64,000 bases of DNA from Podarcis filfolensis (taxonomy: Eukaryota): assembly GCA_964270895.1 (NCBI GenBank), contig OZ185442.1. The stretch is one strand, 5' to 3'. The notes beneath the pieces were generated by a model. It was given only the letters and a program-made list of their open reading frames with translations, was not told the origin of the DNA and did no database searches. Positions 11,828 through 24,220 of the stretch are shown piece after piece. Both the position numbers and the translations under genes were made by a program. The first letter of the stretch is position 1. Every line of letters begins with the position of its first letter.

Positions 11828-12666
11828 CTATAGATGGAAGAGGTTGGGCAGCGCAGGTGGGCGACGGTTTTGAGCTGGGGGTGGTAGGTGGTGAAGACGA
11901 GGAGTGGAACGGCGCTGGCCTGATCCTGGGACAGCAGGTAAGATGCATCGCAGGGCACCTGGCAGCTTTCCACTCGCAGCTCCGGGCCCCTTCGCGGCAA
12001 CGCCGGGTGCTTCCTCCTGACCATCCCACAGGGCAGCGGCTCTTCTTCGTGCTGGTCCTCCCGGGTCACCTGGGCATAACAGAAACCCACTCGCTTCCTT
12101 TCTCCGGGGTTGCCGCAGCGGTCGCAAGACTGCCAAGGGCTCCAGGAGGTGAACAGCTTGGCCCGCGCTCCGTCTTCTAGCTCGGTGGTGGAATTGCCCA
12201 GGGTCATCTCCCCAAGGCCTGCGTGCGAGACGTGGATGCTCCCGGCATCCTGGAAATCCACGTCGTAGTAGGCGATCGTGGCATCGCCTGCCCGGCAGGT
12301 GTACAAGCCGGAGTCTTCCACGCTGGGGTTTGGGATATACAGGTTGCCAGCGACTAGCTGGGATTTGAAGCGCAACCTCCTCAACTTGGCATGGCTGAGC
12401 AAGGGCCAGATGGGGCCCCCTGAGCGCAGGAAGGTGACAGGCTGCTCCTTCGCCCAGGCTGGGTCCAGGTATTGCCAACTGACGAAAATCTTGAAGTAGA
12501 CATGGGGGCAGCGTAGGATCACTGGGTTGTCAGAGATGAAGGCTACTGTGCAAGGCTGGCCTGGGACACATGGCGGCCCCAGGGAGTGGCCCTCGTACAG
12601 GCTACCATCAGTGAAGGCCAAGGCCAAACCCAGGAGCAGAGCCACAGTAGATGCCCAAGAGGACAT
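11828..12666 (-). CDS. FAM187B: FAM187B-like Ig-domain type I membrane protein, coding exon 1 (signal peptide, Ig-V, TSP1-like Cys/Trp module)
   Basis: ORF MSSWASTVALLLGLALA...DSGLYTC...YDVDFQD...FTSWSPWQSCDRCGNPGERKRVG...PELRVESC...LRCPTSSIY matches remembered human FAM187B motifs (YEIDFQD, WEPWQDCNRC, PELQVEAC, LDCPLGSMYR). Donor AG|gtacag at 11828/11827, phase 2. Head-to-head with LSR as in human. Confidence 0.9.
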
Positions 12667-14362
12667 GACCAGCTGGGCACTGTCGCACTATGGGCAACTG
12701 GAAAGGAAGGTTCTAGCTGACCTCACTATGACATCGTAACTGAGGTGGGCAAGAGGATGATGATGTCATAATGGAGTGTGGGGCTTAGCCAGAGTAATTC
12801 TAACTGCTGATGTTCAGCATGACTTTGGTTGTCTGGAGACCCAGACATGCCTCTCTCCACAACTGCTGCCAGGGGGTGGCGAGTCATTACTCATTCTTAT
12901 TTTTGTTTTATTCCTGATCTGATCTGGGAGGCTTTATCAGCTGAAAAGCTGGACAATTTTATTTTTTACACGAATAAAATGATTAGACGTTTCTTTCTCC
13001 AAGGAGTTTAGTGTAACACACATGATTCATCCCTTCCCACGGCCAGTTTTATTTATTGTTATAGATAATAAACATTCTTAACAGCAACCTACTAAAAGGG
13101 GGGAAAGATGCAGCCATTGCCTTTATAAATGTATGTAACAACAGAAAATGGTAATGTGGGCAGTACAGATAAGTGCAGAATTATGGTTTATGAAGGTGCT
13201 AAGACTTCTTTCCCTTACTGTATATAAATATATTCTTAAAAATATTTTTAATGTTCTTATTTTACAAATATTTTAACTAAAAGACCTAAAATAAAAATTG
13301 AAATAAAAAGGGGGGAAGAACATTAGAAAAAAGACAATTTTGTTATGCACCCCCTCAATCTTTGAATGCTGAGAGATTCTGGGAGTTCTGAGAGACTTTG
13401 GGATATATTTACACTTACCTACACATACGAGCATAGGATGGAGGGGCTCACAGCACTAACACCCCAACAGGACTCGCTTCCCTTTTAAGTTTTGAGGGGA
13501 GCCCCCAAGTTCAGCTCAGAGCAACACAGCGAGCAAGCAATGTCTCTCTGTCTCCAGCTTCCAGCTCCTTCACAATCCAACTGCGGCTATTGTTCTCCTA
13601 CATACTGTTCAGGTGAAGGGGGTGGGGGGAAAGGCCCACCCTGATGTTCTTAGATGCAGAGCGACCTCTTTGGATATGCTAAATTGTGGTACTAGCCACG
13701 TAAACAAAGGAACTGGTTTGGCAAGCCTCCTTTTATACATTCTGCTCTCAGAGACAGAGGATCAAAAGTTTGGAAAGGTTTTCATCCAAACTGAACTCCC
13801 CCCCCCCCAATTCATAACAATATAAAGGGAAAGAATACAGAAGTGGGAGAGAAGCAAGAAGGGAATGGAAGCAAAGGATGCTGTTTTAATCCTGTACTCA
13901 CATTACCAACAATCTGCTATGAGATTCCATTTAAGGGAGTTGGGCCTTAGTGGAGGGGCCAATGTGTTTGCCACTTAAATTGGGGAAGGATGGGAAGAAA
14001 TGTCAAGGGGGGGGGGAGAGAGAGGCTGCAGCCAAAGGGTCAGGAAAAAAGTGGGGCTTAAAACTGCGGGATCTACATGCACACCATAAAATGGTAGAGA
14101 ACTTCCTTATAACAGGATGTTGTATTTGTTTACACTAGCCTTCACCAACATGGTGCGCTCTCTCACTCGCACTGTTCAGGACTACAACTCCCATCAGCTG
14201 GCTGTGGCTGATGGGAATTGTAGTCCAAAACATGAGGGCAGGGCTCAGGTTGGTGGCTGGCCTGCACTCTGACTGGCAGCAGCTCTCAGGGTGTTAGGCA
14301 GGGGCTCTACGTATCCTGATCCTCCTAAGTACGGCCTCATGTTTCTATTCACCAGTATTTTT

Positions 14363-14363
<1 letters not shown>

Positions 14364-14396
<33 letters not shown>
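14364..14396. repeat. (CA)n microsatellite
   Basis: Read directly. Confidence 0.95.
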
Positions 14397-14401
<5 letters not shown>

Positions 14402-15347
14402 ACCAGTTGACACGAAAGATCTCTCTAACCATAAAAGGTCTCTCTTGTGAATAGAAAACATACACCGCTCATTCAGCAAACAGTGATGAAAAAGAAAATA
14501 AATAATGACTAATTCTTCTTTTTACTAAAGGAAACAAAGAGTGTTTTAAACAAAGTATGATGTGGTACAACAGGAATGCAACTGTAAGTTCAAAGTCTTT
14601 TTTTTTTTTAAGCTCTTATTAATCTTCTGGAATAATAATCAAATTGAGGTTTCCGACCCAGGGATGGGCTGTCTGTGTTGGGGTTGGCTCATCTGTGATG
14701 ATGGGAGCTGGAGCTCAACAACAGGTTCCCCATTCTGGCTATGTATATTTATTCAGACATAAGTAGCACTGAATTCAGTGGGGTTTGCACCCAGAGTTCC
14801 CTGTGAAGAGAAATTGATGGTTAAACCACTCTGCTTATAGCAGTTTCCCAAACTGCAGATCAGTGCCAACATGAAACTCTGCAATCACAAGATTGTAGGA
14901 ATGACCCCTGTGCCATTTGCTATATGTATGGGAAAACATCTGCCTCTGACTTTTATCTTTTGGCTTATGTTTTCCTTCCCTTTCCTTTCTCCTTTTATCC
15001 CAAGTGGCAGAATTTTAAAACAACAAGAACAGAAGTTATTTCTGGCAAGTAGCAAGCAAAGCCTTTCTTCTTCTTCTTTGCTTGCTTATGTTGGAAAGGG
15101 CCACATATATTGATGGTGCTGTAAAAAAAATAAATCAAAATACTCCTTTTGTTTATTCGCTTTTAGCATTTCTCCCCCAACTTTCAGAAAACTCATTTAT
15201 CACAAGTTGCACCGGCTAGTTCCTGAAGGGGAAACAATTCAGTATATAGGAAGATTGTGATTGAAAGATTGTGCCATCATACAACAGCAGAAGGGGAAAG
15301 ATACGTAGGTCTCCTGCCCCAAAGAATTTACAATCAAAACTTCAACA

Positions 15348-15820
15348 GAATCAGAGAATTGTTGTGTTAGAAGGGACCACAAGGTTCATCTAGGAAAACC
15401 CTCTGCAATGCAGGAATCTCAACTAACACACACCTGACAGGTGGTCATCCAGCCTCTGCTTAAATACCTCCAGGGGAGTCCACAACCTCCCAAGGGAGTC
15501 TGTTCCACTGTTGAATAGCTCTTACTGTCAGAAAATCATTCCTGATGTTTACACCTTTCTTGTAATTTGAATCTGTAGGTTTGGGCCCTAGCCTTCAGAG
15601 CAGGAGAAAACAAACTTGCTCCATCTTCCGTGTGACAGCCCCAGAGATATTTGAAGATGGCTATCATATCTCCTCTCAGTCTCCTCTTTTCCAGGCTAAA
15701 CATACCCCTCTCCTTCAAGCACTCTTCATAAGGCTTGCTTTCCAGACCCCTGGTCATCTTGGTTGCCTTCCTCTGCACATGTTCCAGCTTGTCAATATCT
15801 TTCTTAAATTGTGGCACCCC
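15348..15820 (-). mobile_element. CR1 LINE 3' fragment
   Basis: KKDIDKLEHVQRKATKMTRGLESKPYEE...FSLEKRRLRGDMIAIFKYL is the typical CR1 ORF2 C-terminus; CR1-type 3' end at left. Confidence 0.9.
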
Positions 15821-16650
15821 GAGGGAGGATTCTGAACATTTTTTCACCTTTGCAAAAGCAAAAAACAACCCCCCCACATTTTTATCCTTCTCTTTCTCAA
15901 AGAGCCTCATACATGGCTCTCCCCTTACACATTGTAACTTCACAAAAACCCTGCAAGGTAGGCCAGGCTGAGAGATGGCAATTTCCCAAAGTAAGCTTCA
16001 TGGATGAGTGGGGGTTTAAACCCTAGTTTTCCTTGCCCTTGTCTGATACTCTAACCACTTTCCCATGCTGCCACACATTAACATACACTAGTCCTATTTT
16101 CTAAACAGCTCAAAACTGGGAATGTTGGAAAGAAAAGGGTGTTGACAGTAAGATGCCAAACCATTAATATTTTAAAAATTCACTGGGGGTGTAAAAGACC
16201 CAATCCAGCTCTGGAGGGCTTGCCTCATAGCCCCAGCGTAGTTCCTGAACTCAGGGCCAGCTTAAGGTTTCATGGAGACCTGAATATGGTAGCCACTGTA
16301 ATTGATTGCACAAATCTAACAAACACATTTGCTGTTCTAACTACTTCTTACAACTGAGCCTACCCACTGCTAGCAAGTTCCTTCCAGAAGGTAGTCTACT
16401 CCTGCCTTAAAAGCAGGAAAGGCTGAGAGATAATGAATTGCTGAAAGGCACCTAGTGGGCTTTGTGCCTAACTGGGCATTTTTATTTATTTATCTACATA
16501 TTTACAGCCCACGCGTAAATAAAAATACATCAAGGTGGTATACAGCACATAAGAATAAAATCGTCAAAAAGCATCCATAAAAATATCGTTGAATGCTGAC
16601 TTGAACTCTGTTCTCCCACGTCCTGGTCCAGCAATTTAACCACTAGGTGA

Positions 16651-16830
16651 AAGGTACAAAAGGTAAAGGACCCCTGGACGGTTAAGTCCAGTCAAAGGCG
16701 ACTATGGGGTTGTGGCGCTCATCTTGCTTTCAGGCTGAAGGAGCCGGCCTTTGTCCACAGACAGCTTTCTGGGTCATGTGGCCAGCATGATTAAACTGCT
16801 TCTGGCAGAACGGGACACCGTGACAGAACC
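16651..16830 (-). mobile_element. Sauria SINE 3' portion
   Basis: aaggtaaaggacccctggacggttaagtccagtc...gggtcatgtggccagcatga. Confidence 0.8.
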
Positions 16831-17292
16831 CACTATACCACACTCGCAGGAAAAGGAAATTATCTCTCAGTTTAACTCATAGGGTTATTTATTATGAGGA
16901 TAAAATGGTATGGGAGGAGAAGCCCATACACTGCCTTGAGTTCTCCTTGGAAGAGAGGTGGGATATAAATATTAAAAAATGGCAATAATAGTAGGCATTA
17001 ACAGCTGGTGAAATATCTCTCACAAACCTAGCGCACAGAGATTGTATCAAGCAGTCCTTCAGCTCTTGCTCAGTAAAAGGCACTCACAACTTATGCACAT
17101 TTAACTTGTGTGCATTCAGCTGAGCTTTAGATGCTTGACTAAAAATTAAGTAATTAATTAATAAAAGAGGGCAGAAATCTAGGGGGCGGGATTATTTGGC
17201 CATTGCACCCTATGTCTTTTGACAATACTGTACACAAGTTTGGCTTTGTGCACTTATCCCCGCAATATAAGCCCGTGTAAGTTGAGTCTCAT

Positions 17293-17446
17293 CTGTACCT
17301 GTAAAGTATGTTCTTTCCCTCAAAGAACCCTGGGCACTGTAGTTTGTTAAGGGTTGCTGGGAACTGTACTTCTGCGATGGGGGAACTACAGCGCCCAGGA
17401 TTCTTTGAGGGAATAACGCGCTTCAAATGTGCTTTACAGGTACAGT
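17293..17446. mobile_element. Foldback MITE (gaactacagttcccagg family; relatives about 781-905, 6085-6275, 8870-9040)
   Basis: 14-bp perfect IR ctgtacctgtaaag / ctttacaggtacag plus an internal IR. Confidence 0.7.
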
Positions 17447-17604
17447 AAAGTGGCTGAAACCCGCTCCCTACCCTCTTGGGCCAACCCGTCCTCCACCAAT
17501 CACGTTCTTTGCGCTTTTGAAATCTGCCCTCTGTATCCCTCCGCTTGCCAAGGCAGCACCTGGGCAAGTTCACTTCCATATAAAGGGTGGGGGGAGGCGG
17601 ACGC

Positions 17605-17739
17605 CGCAAAGTTTAATAGCTGGACCCTTCCTCTCCCACCCCTTTTCCTTTAAGTTGGCCGGCCCGTCCTTAATACGGCCTCGGGGGGGCTGAACCACCT
17701 ACTAAAAGGGTTGGGGGGGGTCGGGTCGGGAAGGTACAG
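17605..17739 (+). other. Candidate upstream non-coding first exon of LSR
   Basis: Starts about 25 nt after the TATA box, contains no ATG, and ends at a strong donor CAG|gtgagc (17739/17740). The start position is inferred. Confidence 0.4.
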
Positions 17740-18186
17740 GTGAGCTTTACTTTTTGCCTTCCGTACCAATGACCTCGATGTAAAAGAGGCTCCCAAAGGC
17801 GACAAACGGACGGGCTTCCACACCACACCGAAAGCCTTTCCGTGGCCGGAAAGCGCCTCAGCAGGTTCGCGTCTCTCCTCCATGCCACCCCCCTTTCTCC
17901 TCCTTTATGGGAGTTGGTAGTTTCCGTCGTTCGGGCGAGGCACCCACAGCGAGCGCTGCACCTGAGGCGCGCGGAGAGAGCGAGAGCCCTGAGAGGGGCT
18001 TGGCAGTCGGACGTAACTCGGGGAGCTTTGCGCGGGGCGCGGCTGTTCCTGAAGGATTCGGCTGAAGAGTCCGCGGAGGGAAGAAGGGGCCGAAGTAGTG
18101 AAGGATCCGACGGAGTTCTCGCTTCCCGCTCCTTTGCCTGCGGACCACCCCCCCTCCCCGCGTCTCTCAAGCCCGCGGGGTGGGAA

Positions 18187-18247
18187 ATGGAGACTCGGCC
18201 GGCCATGCTGCCCTTGCTGTGGCTCTTGGGGAGCGCCTGGATCTTAG
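18187..18247 (+). CDS. LSR: LSR coding exon 1 (signal peptide METRPAMLPLLWLLGSAWIL)
   Basis: ATG at 18187 (second in-frame ATG at 18205) inside a CpG island; hydrophobic leader; donor G|gtaaaa, phase 1, joins exon 2 in frame. Confidence 0.85.
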
Positions 18248-20177
18248 GTAAAAAGAACTTTTAAAAGTTTTTTTTTTTAAACAGCGCGAGCGGCGGGACC
18301 CCCTTCTGCCTTGCCCCTCCACCCTCCTCTGGGGGAAACTCGTCCGGGGTCTTCTGTTTTTTTGGCGGGGGGGGGGAAGAGAACTCGAGAGCTGATTGGG
18401 CGAAGGGCTCGCGCTCCTTTCTCCTTTTTTGTTTTGTTTTGTTTGGAGAGCTCAAAGGGGGTTTCTGTCTTCCAAAGGGTATGGGGATATTTCGCAACTT
18501 GGGAAACCCACCTGTTCCAAGGTGTGGGCTTCCTGGTGAGGAAAGGGTATATGACTGCTGTTTTCTCTGCGCCCACCCGCCTTTCACAAAAAAGAAAATA
18601 GGGTTTCCGACAGGCAGAAATGAACAGAGTGAAGCCTTTTTCTTATTATGGAAGTGATGAGGGAAATCAGCACCTGTTAGCTTTCTAGCTGTTTCGTAGT
18701 TGTCGAAAGATAAGGAAGTTGGCAACTGAGATGATTTATCTATTGTATTTGGCTCCCATCTTTTTCTCCAAAGGATTGCAGGCGGCGTACAGAGTTTTCT
18801 CTCTTTCTCTCACTTCCCCACATTTAATTGCCACAACAACCCTGTGAGGTACGTTAGGCTTAGGGGCAGTGACCAGCCCAGGGTCTCCCACTGATTTGAA
18901 ACTTGGTTCTGTAGGGAGGCCAAGAAGCTTCAGTTTTCCCTAATCTGCTCCCTGTACCTCTGGGATGTAAAATACATGCCTTTTCTCTTCAGTTCCTGGG
19001 CCAACCTTCTTGGATTGAAAAACAAAGTTGTCTTGTTGGCTCCCTTCCCGCAAGGCAACAACCTTTCTCAGCTTGAGGGATTGTCTGTGTCTTTCTTTGC
19101 ATATAGGTTTGTCTGGTTACAGCGCAATGATCTGCCTTGTTGACTTTGACTCCCTCAGTTTGTTGGGAGAGAAGGCTCATTGGGAGATTTAAAGGAACAG
19201 GGGCCAAAATAAGACCTAGTAACCCCATCTACGTGTTGTAGAAAGTGCCTGTGTTTTCAAGGATATAAGGAAAGGTAGTAATGGGAATCTTATGAAAGCC
19301 TCATTGGAATTTCAACAGCATTTAATAGTTGGTGGAACTAAGAAATCCTTGCTTGCTGAGAAAAGTACATTAACAAGTTTCCAGCCCCATGGGAGATAAA
19401 AACATTTGCTCCAGGGGAAAAGATTGGGATCAACCCATTGGTGGCTTAAATTTAGGCATGCTTTTATACCCCTTCCCCCACTATTGGCTGGGATTAGGTC
19501 TACCACATGGCAGGGTGTGTGCTTTGCATTTAATGGCCTTCCTCCAAAGTAAACACCCAGGAAAGGACTGATAATTGTTTTCGCTCAAACCTGAACCCTT
19601 TTCTGTAATCCTAGTTTCATGACCTAGAGAGAGGGATGGTTCTTCTGCAGCAGGTGATGTCACTTTTGTGGTGGGTGTCTTGCTTAGAAGCCTGGAGTCT
19701 ACTCAGACCCAGCTTGTGGGAAATGTGGTCATCTCCGTTCCTCTCTTTTTCTCGGGTGATGTCTCATCTTGGCTGCTGTGGAAGCCATGACACGCCTGCT
19801 GAAACTGATCTCTGTACCAACCCACCCCCCTTCAGGCGAAACCACGGGAGCAAATAAAAGGAAGAAAGTTGATGCAAGCAGTGGACAGGGGTTTGTTTTT
19901 TTCGGTGAAAAGGATATTTGGATTGAAAATACTAGTGCAGTGGACAATGTAAATATCCTTCAGGCACCTAATAAAAACCACCTTGATCTGTCAGGGTTTT
20001 TTGTGTGTGAATATTGCTGGTTTGCGGGAACTCTGTGCTTTTCTAGACTGTTTGCTACCTGAGAAGCTAAACAGAAAGCAAATGACTGAAAGTGTAATAC
20101 GTAAACAAAAATCTGCCCTTATTTCCTTATGGGGGACACAAGAGCCCTTATAGAGTCCTTTGTAGGTTCTCCATCGG

Positions 20178-20580
20178 TTGGAGAAAATAACAGAGGCCAA
20201 CCAGAGAATATTGAGAAGCAAAGCAGCTTGTAAGCCTGATCTTTATTGAACTGTTGCAACAGGGTGCTCCCCTCACACGCAGGAGAAGGAGGAGGACCCA
20301 GAACCAAGGTGTGCCTGCCCTTATATAGACATTTTAAATTCCCTGCCCTGGAGCTCAAGACCACCCCCCACAAACATCATACCTACATCACAGAAAAGGT
20401 GGTCTACAACAGGAATTTGAATGTTGTTGTTTTTCCTATCTGCCAGGTTATCTGATAATGCCTTATCTGATTGCCTTTCCTGGTAGTCTGCCCATTCCTT
20501 TGAGATGGTGATTACCCACTTCCTGAGAATTGTGTGCGCCTTCCTCTCTCCCCCCCCAACCCCCCCACTCAAGTTGAATT
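20178..20580 (-). mobile_element. LTR-like remnant in LSR intron 1, interrupted or followed by a mariner MITE
   Basis: On the - strand, TATATAA (20327-20321) then AATAAA (20247-20242) at LTR-like spacing. Ends not resolved. Confidence 0.45.
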
Positions 20581-20585
20581 CAGTA

Positions 20586-20838
20586 CAGTGGTACCTCTGG
20601 TTGCGAACGGGATCTGTTCCGGAGGCCCGTTTGCAACATGAAAAGAGCACAACCCGCAGTGGCGTGTCTGCGCACGCGCAGGTTGCGATTGGCCCTTCTG
20701 CTCATTACATCATTTTGTGTGTCTGTGCATGTGCGAGCAGCGAAACCTGGAAGTAACCCTTTCCGGTACTTCCGGGTCGCCGCGGGACATAACCTGAAAG
20801 AACGTAACAGGAAGCAAACGTAGCATGAGGTATGACTG
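20586..20838. mobile_element. Tc1/mariner MITE
   Basis: cagtggtacctc / gaggtatgactg, TA TSD. Confidence 0.85.
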
Positions 20839-21779
20839 TAAATAAAGTGGTTCCTCTTGCAATTGTATTATTGTTTCATGAGTATCCCCCCCCCCTGCAA
20901 ATATGGTGCTTTTGGAGCTGCCATGGCACAGACACATAACTCTGAGGTACATTTCCTCATGGATCCTCAATTTTTTTTTATAAGGGGTCCCCTCAAACCA
21001 CCATCACATCAGAGGTCACCTCTTTTTACACAGATATATTTGTTCTGTGATTTTCAACTGACTATATGTAAAAATCATGAGGATCTGTGACTTGAGCCAA
21101 TGTTCTTTGGTACTGACAGGCACCAGAACCCCTAGTTTATTGTGACAGGACCAGGTATGGCCTTCCCTATCCTTCCCTGGTTGGGCTCTGAAGAAGAGGT
21201 TAAAAACTTTTGCTCCTATTTTTGGTTGATGTCTGAACCGAACATAATATGTTTAACTTACTAGGATTTGTTTACAATAAACTAATTTTACTTTACTACA
21301 CAAACAAACTGGCTTCTTTTAACAAACCATAGTTAACATTAAGCATATTTCAGAGTTCATATGTAACCATAATTGACTACCATGATGTCTGAGCGCAGCC
21401 AGTACATGAAGTATTTATGCATGCCAGCTTGGCTGCATATGTGGAAAGGTGAAATACTTGGGGCGGGAGACTCCTATTGGAGTTTTGAGTTTCAGGGTTG
21501 ATTATGAACAGTGGTTGTTGCATGACTTGGTAATCAGATCAGAAGAATTTTATTTGCATCAGCCACTAGCCATAGCAATAAAATGTACTGAAGACAGAGG
21601 TAAAAACTTAACTATACAGAATACATTTTGGAGCTTTACATCAATAAATAATAGGTAGCAATTGGTGTTGACAAGTGTTATGAATAGATTAAGAAGTAGC
21701 TGTGGCCCATCACTTCATTTAAGTGCTAGAATGTTGACTGGTTTGATTGGAAGAAAATGCAAAAAGTTAATTAATTGCA

Positions 21780-22117
21780 AAATTAATGAACTTTGAAAGA
21801 TGCTGGATTGAATTCATGTGGTCTCTAGCTGTTATGATAAAAAGAAATGGGATAAATACTGTTTAAGTTATAAAATTTAAAAAAGTTGATTGGAAAATAA
21901 GGTGTTAGTTAAAAGGAATGTTAAGAGATTAGGATTTGCTGGATAATTATTTTGAACTAGAAAACAAGAAGGGGAGGTATGAGGAAGTCAAAGAAACATG
22001 TTATTGAAAAATTGATATCGAAATTGATTTGTTTTTAATATTTTTCTTTTTCTTTTTCTTTATTGTTTGTATAAAATTGGAAAACTGAATAAATATTTAT
22101 AAAAAAAGAAAAGAAAA
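21780..22117 (+). mobile_element. L1-like 3' UTR and A-tail remnant
   Basis: AT-rich, T-rich 3' UTR-like tract, AATAAA and A-rich tail similar to the 1073 copy. Confidence 0.5.
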
Positions 22118-23878
22118 TGGAAGGTGTGTTTATGTAGTATTGCAAATAGCTGCTCACCTAAATTAGCTGCAAGTATGAATGCTCTGCTGAACTGGAAAAA
22201 CTGTTGTGTGGCTAATGTACTGCAAGAATGTCTTTGTGGATTCGCAAGTTCTATGTAGGCTTATTTACAAGGCTTGGCTAATGAGTCAGTTGGATTACTG
22301 GGGAAGATGAGAATAACATAGGCTGGGGTTAGCAGCCCATCGATAGGAAGTCATTTGTTCCTTTCAGAATGGGAAACGATTTTCTGTAACCCAGAAGCTG
22401 CTGCAAGTTTCCCCTTCTTCAGGCTGCTTTTCAGTTACTGATTAACCCTCCTGGTTTAGCATGTATAGCTCTAGTTCTGTGTTTAGAGCAGAGTGAGGAA
22501 CTGGCTGGCGGTGGACTAAATTGCCCCCACCCCTTGCAGGCTGACTGCTGGGAAAGACCTCTGGCTATCTTAATGATGCAGTTGTGATGCATGTCAAAGT
22601 TCACTGGAGGTTGCCTAGAAGGCTGATCAGTAGTGACTGCAACCTCCTTTGAAGAGGTACTTTCAGCACCATTCAGCTGATTGGTGCTGAGAGTGCATCT
22701 TCAGAGAGGCTTGGTGTAGCCACCAATCAGCTGATTTAAAAATGGAGCATTTCCCGCTCTCTGCAGAGGAAGCAGTTTGGATTCAGAGTGCTTCCTCCAG
22801 TGTTTTGAATCAAAAGTGTTTCCTTTGGAGAAGGAAAAAAAAGCTCCAGACATCAGGTGTAGAGCAGGTGGGGATGATTTGTGGGAAATGTTTTTGCAAG
22901 TCAAATTGAGTCCTGTGGCAGGCCAGATTAGTGCTGGAGGTCTCCCACCTCTGGTTTAGAGAAAGAAGGCAGCTGGATTGTGGAAGTGTCTAAAATGCAG
23001 AGCTGGAGAAAATGTTACTCTCAAACCTTTGTGCTTGTTTTTTGTGAAATGTAGAGTATATAAATATTGGAGATAAAATAAAGCCTGGTGAGTCAAGGAA
23101 AGAGATCGTCTTGAGAAAGATTCCTTGAAGACAGACTAGAAACAAAGGCTCATGGGGTTCATGTCTCTCTCTTTTACCCCACAATCCTGCATTATTTTTT
23201 GTTTGAAAGATGCCGATAACAGCTCTCTGGCTTTCTTTTCTGCCTGTTAGCCAGAAACAGGTTAAGGGTATGAATGAAATTAAATGCATAATGGTTCTCT
23301 TGCCTGTGAGAGTGCATTTCCTCACTCTGTGCTAATGCCAGTTCTTGTTCCCTGTTGAAGTAGTGATAAAAACCTTTGGCTTAATAAATTTGCTTCTGTA
23401 TTTGTGACAGCAAAGCTCTCTAGCTCACCTCACATGTAGAAAGATATATCAGATTCACAGGAGGCTAGACTGTGGGATATTTCCTGCCTTGTCCATCAAC
23501 ATTTGACAGGTTTAGATGGCCAGCATTTAGTTACAGAAAATGCTGTGTTTTCACTGAGCTTGCAAACACCATGTCTGATTTCCACACTTGAGACTTAAAT
23601 GTTTATTTCCTCTTGGAAGATGAAGCAGAGAAGCCAAACTGGCTAAACTAGGTGGTAGGGCTGACTGCATGCCCCTGAAATGAATTTGTTAAAAAGCGTA
23701 AGGGGCGTTTGCTAAGAGGATAAGGCAGGAGTATTCACAGTCCTGGATTCTAGTGTGCAATGGTCGTAGTAATTGACTGTGGTGGAGAAACATTCCAGGA
23801 GGGAGCTCTGTGGCATTTTCTACTACTTTTCTGCTCATTACGATGTCGTCCTATCTGACTGTCTGCTCTTATCTCCAG

Positions 23879-24220
23879 ATCCTGCCTCTGCGATGCAAGT
23901 CACAGTGCAGAACCCATTCAACGTGGTCATCCTATTTCAACCTGTCACTCTCCAGTGCAACTACCAGACTTCGGCCACCACGCCACCGATTGTCACGTGG
24001 AAGTACAAGTCTTACTGCCGGAGCCGCCTGGCAGATGCCTTTAACCCCAGCAGCCAGGACAGCCAGATCACCAACCAGCTGCAGCAGAACAACCCCGGGT
24101 ACAACCCATATGTGGAGTGTCAGGACAACTCCAGGACAGTGCGGGTTGTAGCTACCAAGCAAGGCAATGCAGTGACCCTTGGGGACTTCTACCAGGGCCG
24201 GCGCATCACCATCACCAATA
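23879..24220 (+). CDS. LSR: LSR exon 2 (Ig-like V domain, first part)
   Basis: VILFQPVTLQCNY...WKYKSYCR...NPGYNPYVECQDNSRTVRVVATKQGNAVTLGDFYQGRRITIT is near-identical to human LSR. ctccag| and |gtaagt; 342 nt, phase 1-1. Confidence 0.98.

Larger units (their letters stand above)
17490..18420 (+). promoter_or_regulatory. LSR CpG-island promoter with upstream CCAAT and TATA boxes
   Basis: Dense CpG from about 17590 to 18420; CCAAT 17496-17500; TATAAA 17579-17584; ETS-like CACTTCC 17571 and CCGGAA 17846; covers LSR exon 1. Confidence 0.8.

Noticed and set aside
11779-12478. 133-aa + strand and 216-aa alternative-frame ORFs
   Set aside because: Shadows of the GC-rich FAM187B exon 1.
13558-13612. 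Isolated exon-like segment (ctccag|...|gtgaag) on +
   Set aside because: No partner exons or promoter on that strand.
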